The notes under the pieces are model-generated. The model saw nothing but the letters and a program-made list of their open reading frames with translations. It was not told the DNA's origin and made no database searches. A DNA stretch of 64,000 bases, from positions 320,664,001 to 320,728,000 of the forward strand of contig OZ024743.1 in NCBI GenBank assembly GCA_964016885.1, in the 5' to 3' direction. Source of the DNA: Eledone cirrhosa. Taxonomy: Eukaryota. Below are positions 63,498 through 64,000 of the stretch, piece after piece. Both the position numbers and the translations under genes were made by a program. How positions within the stretch are numbered: position 1 is the first letter of the stretch; each line of letters begins with the position of its first letter.

Positions 63498-63930
63498 GTT
63501 GAGACAGTAAACAGAAACCAAAAAAACAACGTGGAAGCGAAGAGGCAATACAAATGTTAATATTAGTTTCACGCTTGAGAGTAGGGGGGGGAGACGACAT
63601 AAGCCCTTCATCAAGAGAAAGGTGGGCAGGAAGAGAGTTCCGAGGGTGTGTGGGGGAGTGGTGGAAAGACATTAAAAAGGGGGAGGGAGAGAAAAGGGAA
63701 GAAAAAGATTTTTTAGGGAGTAAAAAAATTAAAAATAAAAAGAAACAAGTGTTGAAAGGGTGTGAGGCGTGTAGGGGTGGTGGTGGGTGGAGGGGTGGAA
63801 GGGGAGAGGGAGACGTGGGGTCCGAGCAGGGAGGGCTGTAGGTGGTGTGTGTATGAGACGATGGGGCGGCCTCGGTTGTCGGGTTTGTGGATCTTGGGGA
63901 GGAAGTAGATGGTGGAGGTGCGAGGGGTTA
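63490..63930 (-). mobile_element. Internally deleted Penelope-like remnant
   Basis: PRTSTIYFLPKIHKPDNRGRPIVS (PLE RT N-terminal motif) joined to a pyrimidine-rich pLTR with degenerate TTGATGAAGGGC. Confidence 0.7.
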
Positions 63931-63945
63931 TACATATATATATAT

Positions 63946-64000
<55 letters not shown>

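Overview
This is AT-rich, microsatellite-dense animal genomic DNA; the SINE family resembles octopod cephalopod repeats, which is an inference. Left part (minus strand, about 16.9 kb down to 1.6 kb): the 5' portion of a secreted signal peptide-EGF-vWA gene, rebuilt from six exons joined by phase-1 introns. It includes 18-nt and 21-nt microexons missed by the ORF track and a decayed duplicate vWA exon. Most of the rest is retroelement-derived. (i) Penelope-like elements (PLEs) sit at (TA)n tracts. They include an intact 773-aa RT+GIY-YIG copy with tandem and inverted pLTRs, many short fold-back pLTR remnants, and a non-coding 522-bp retrozyme-like miniature. Together they carry about 11 type-I hammerhead ribozymes with intact cores plus degenerate ones. 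(ii) A 25-kb head-to-tail array of seven L1/Tx1-clade LINE copies from several subfamilies, joined by (TATC)n. These have structurally conserved 5' UTR hairpins and splice-site consensus sequences overlapping the ORF1 and ORF2 stops. (iii) RTE, CRE-like, SINE, Helitron and MITE fragments. All calls were made by eye and element boundaries are approximate.
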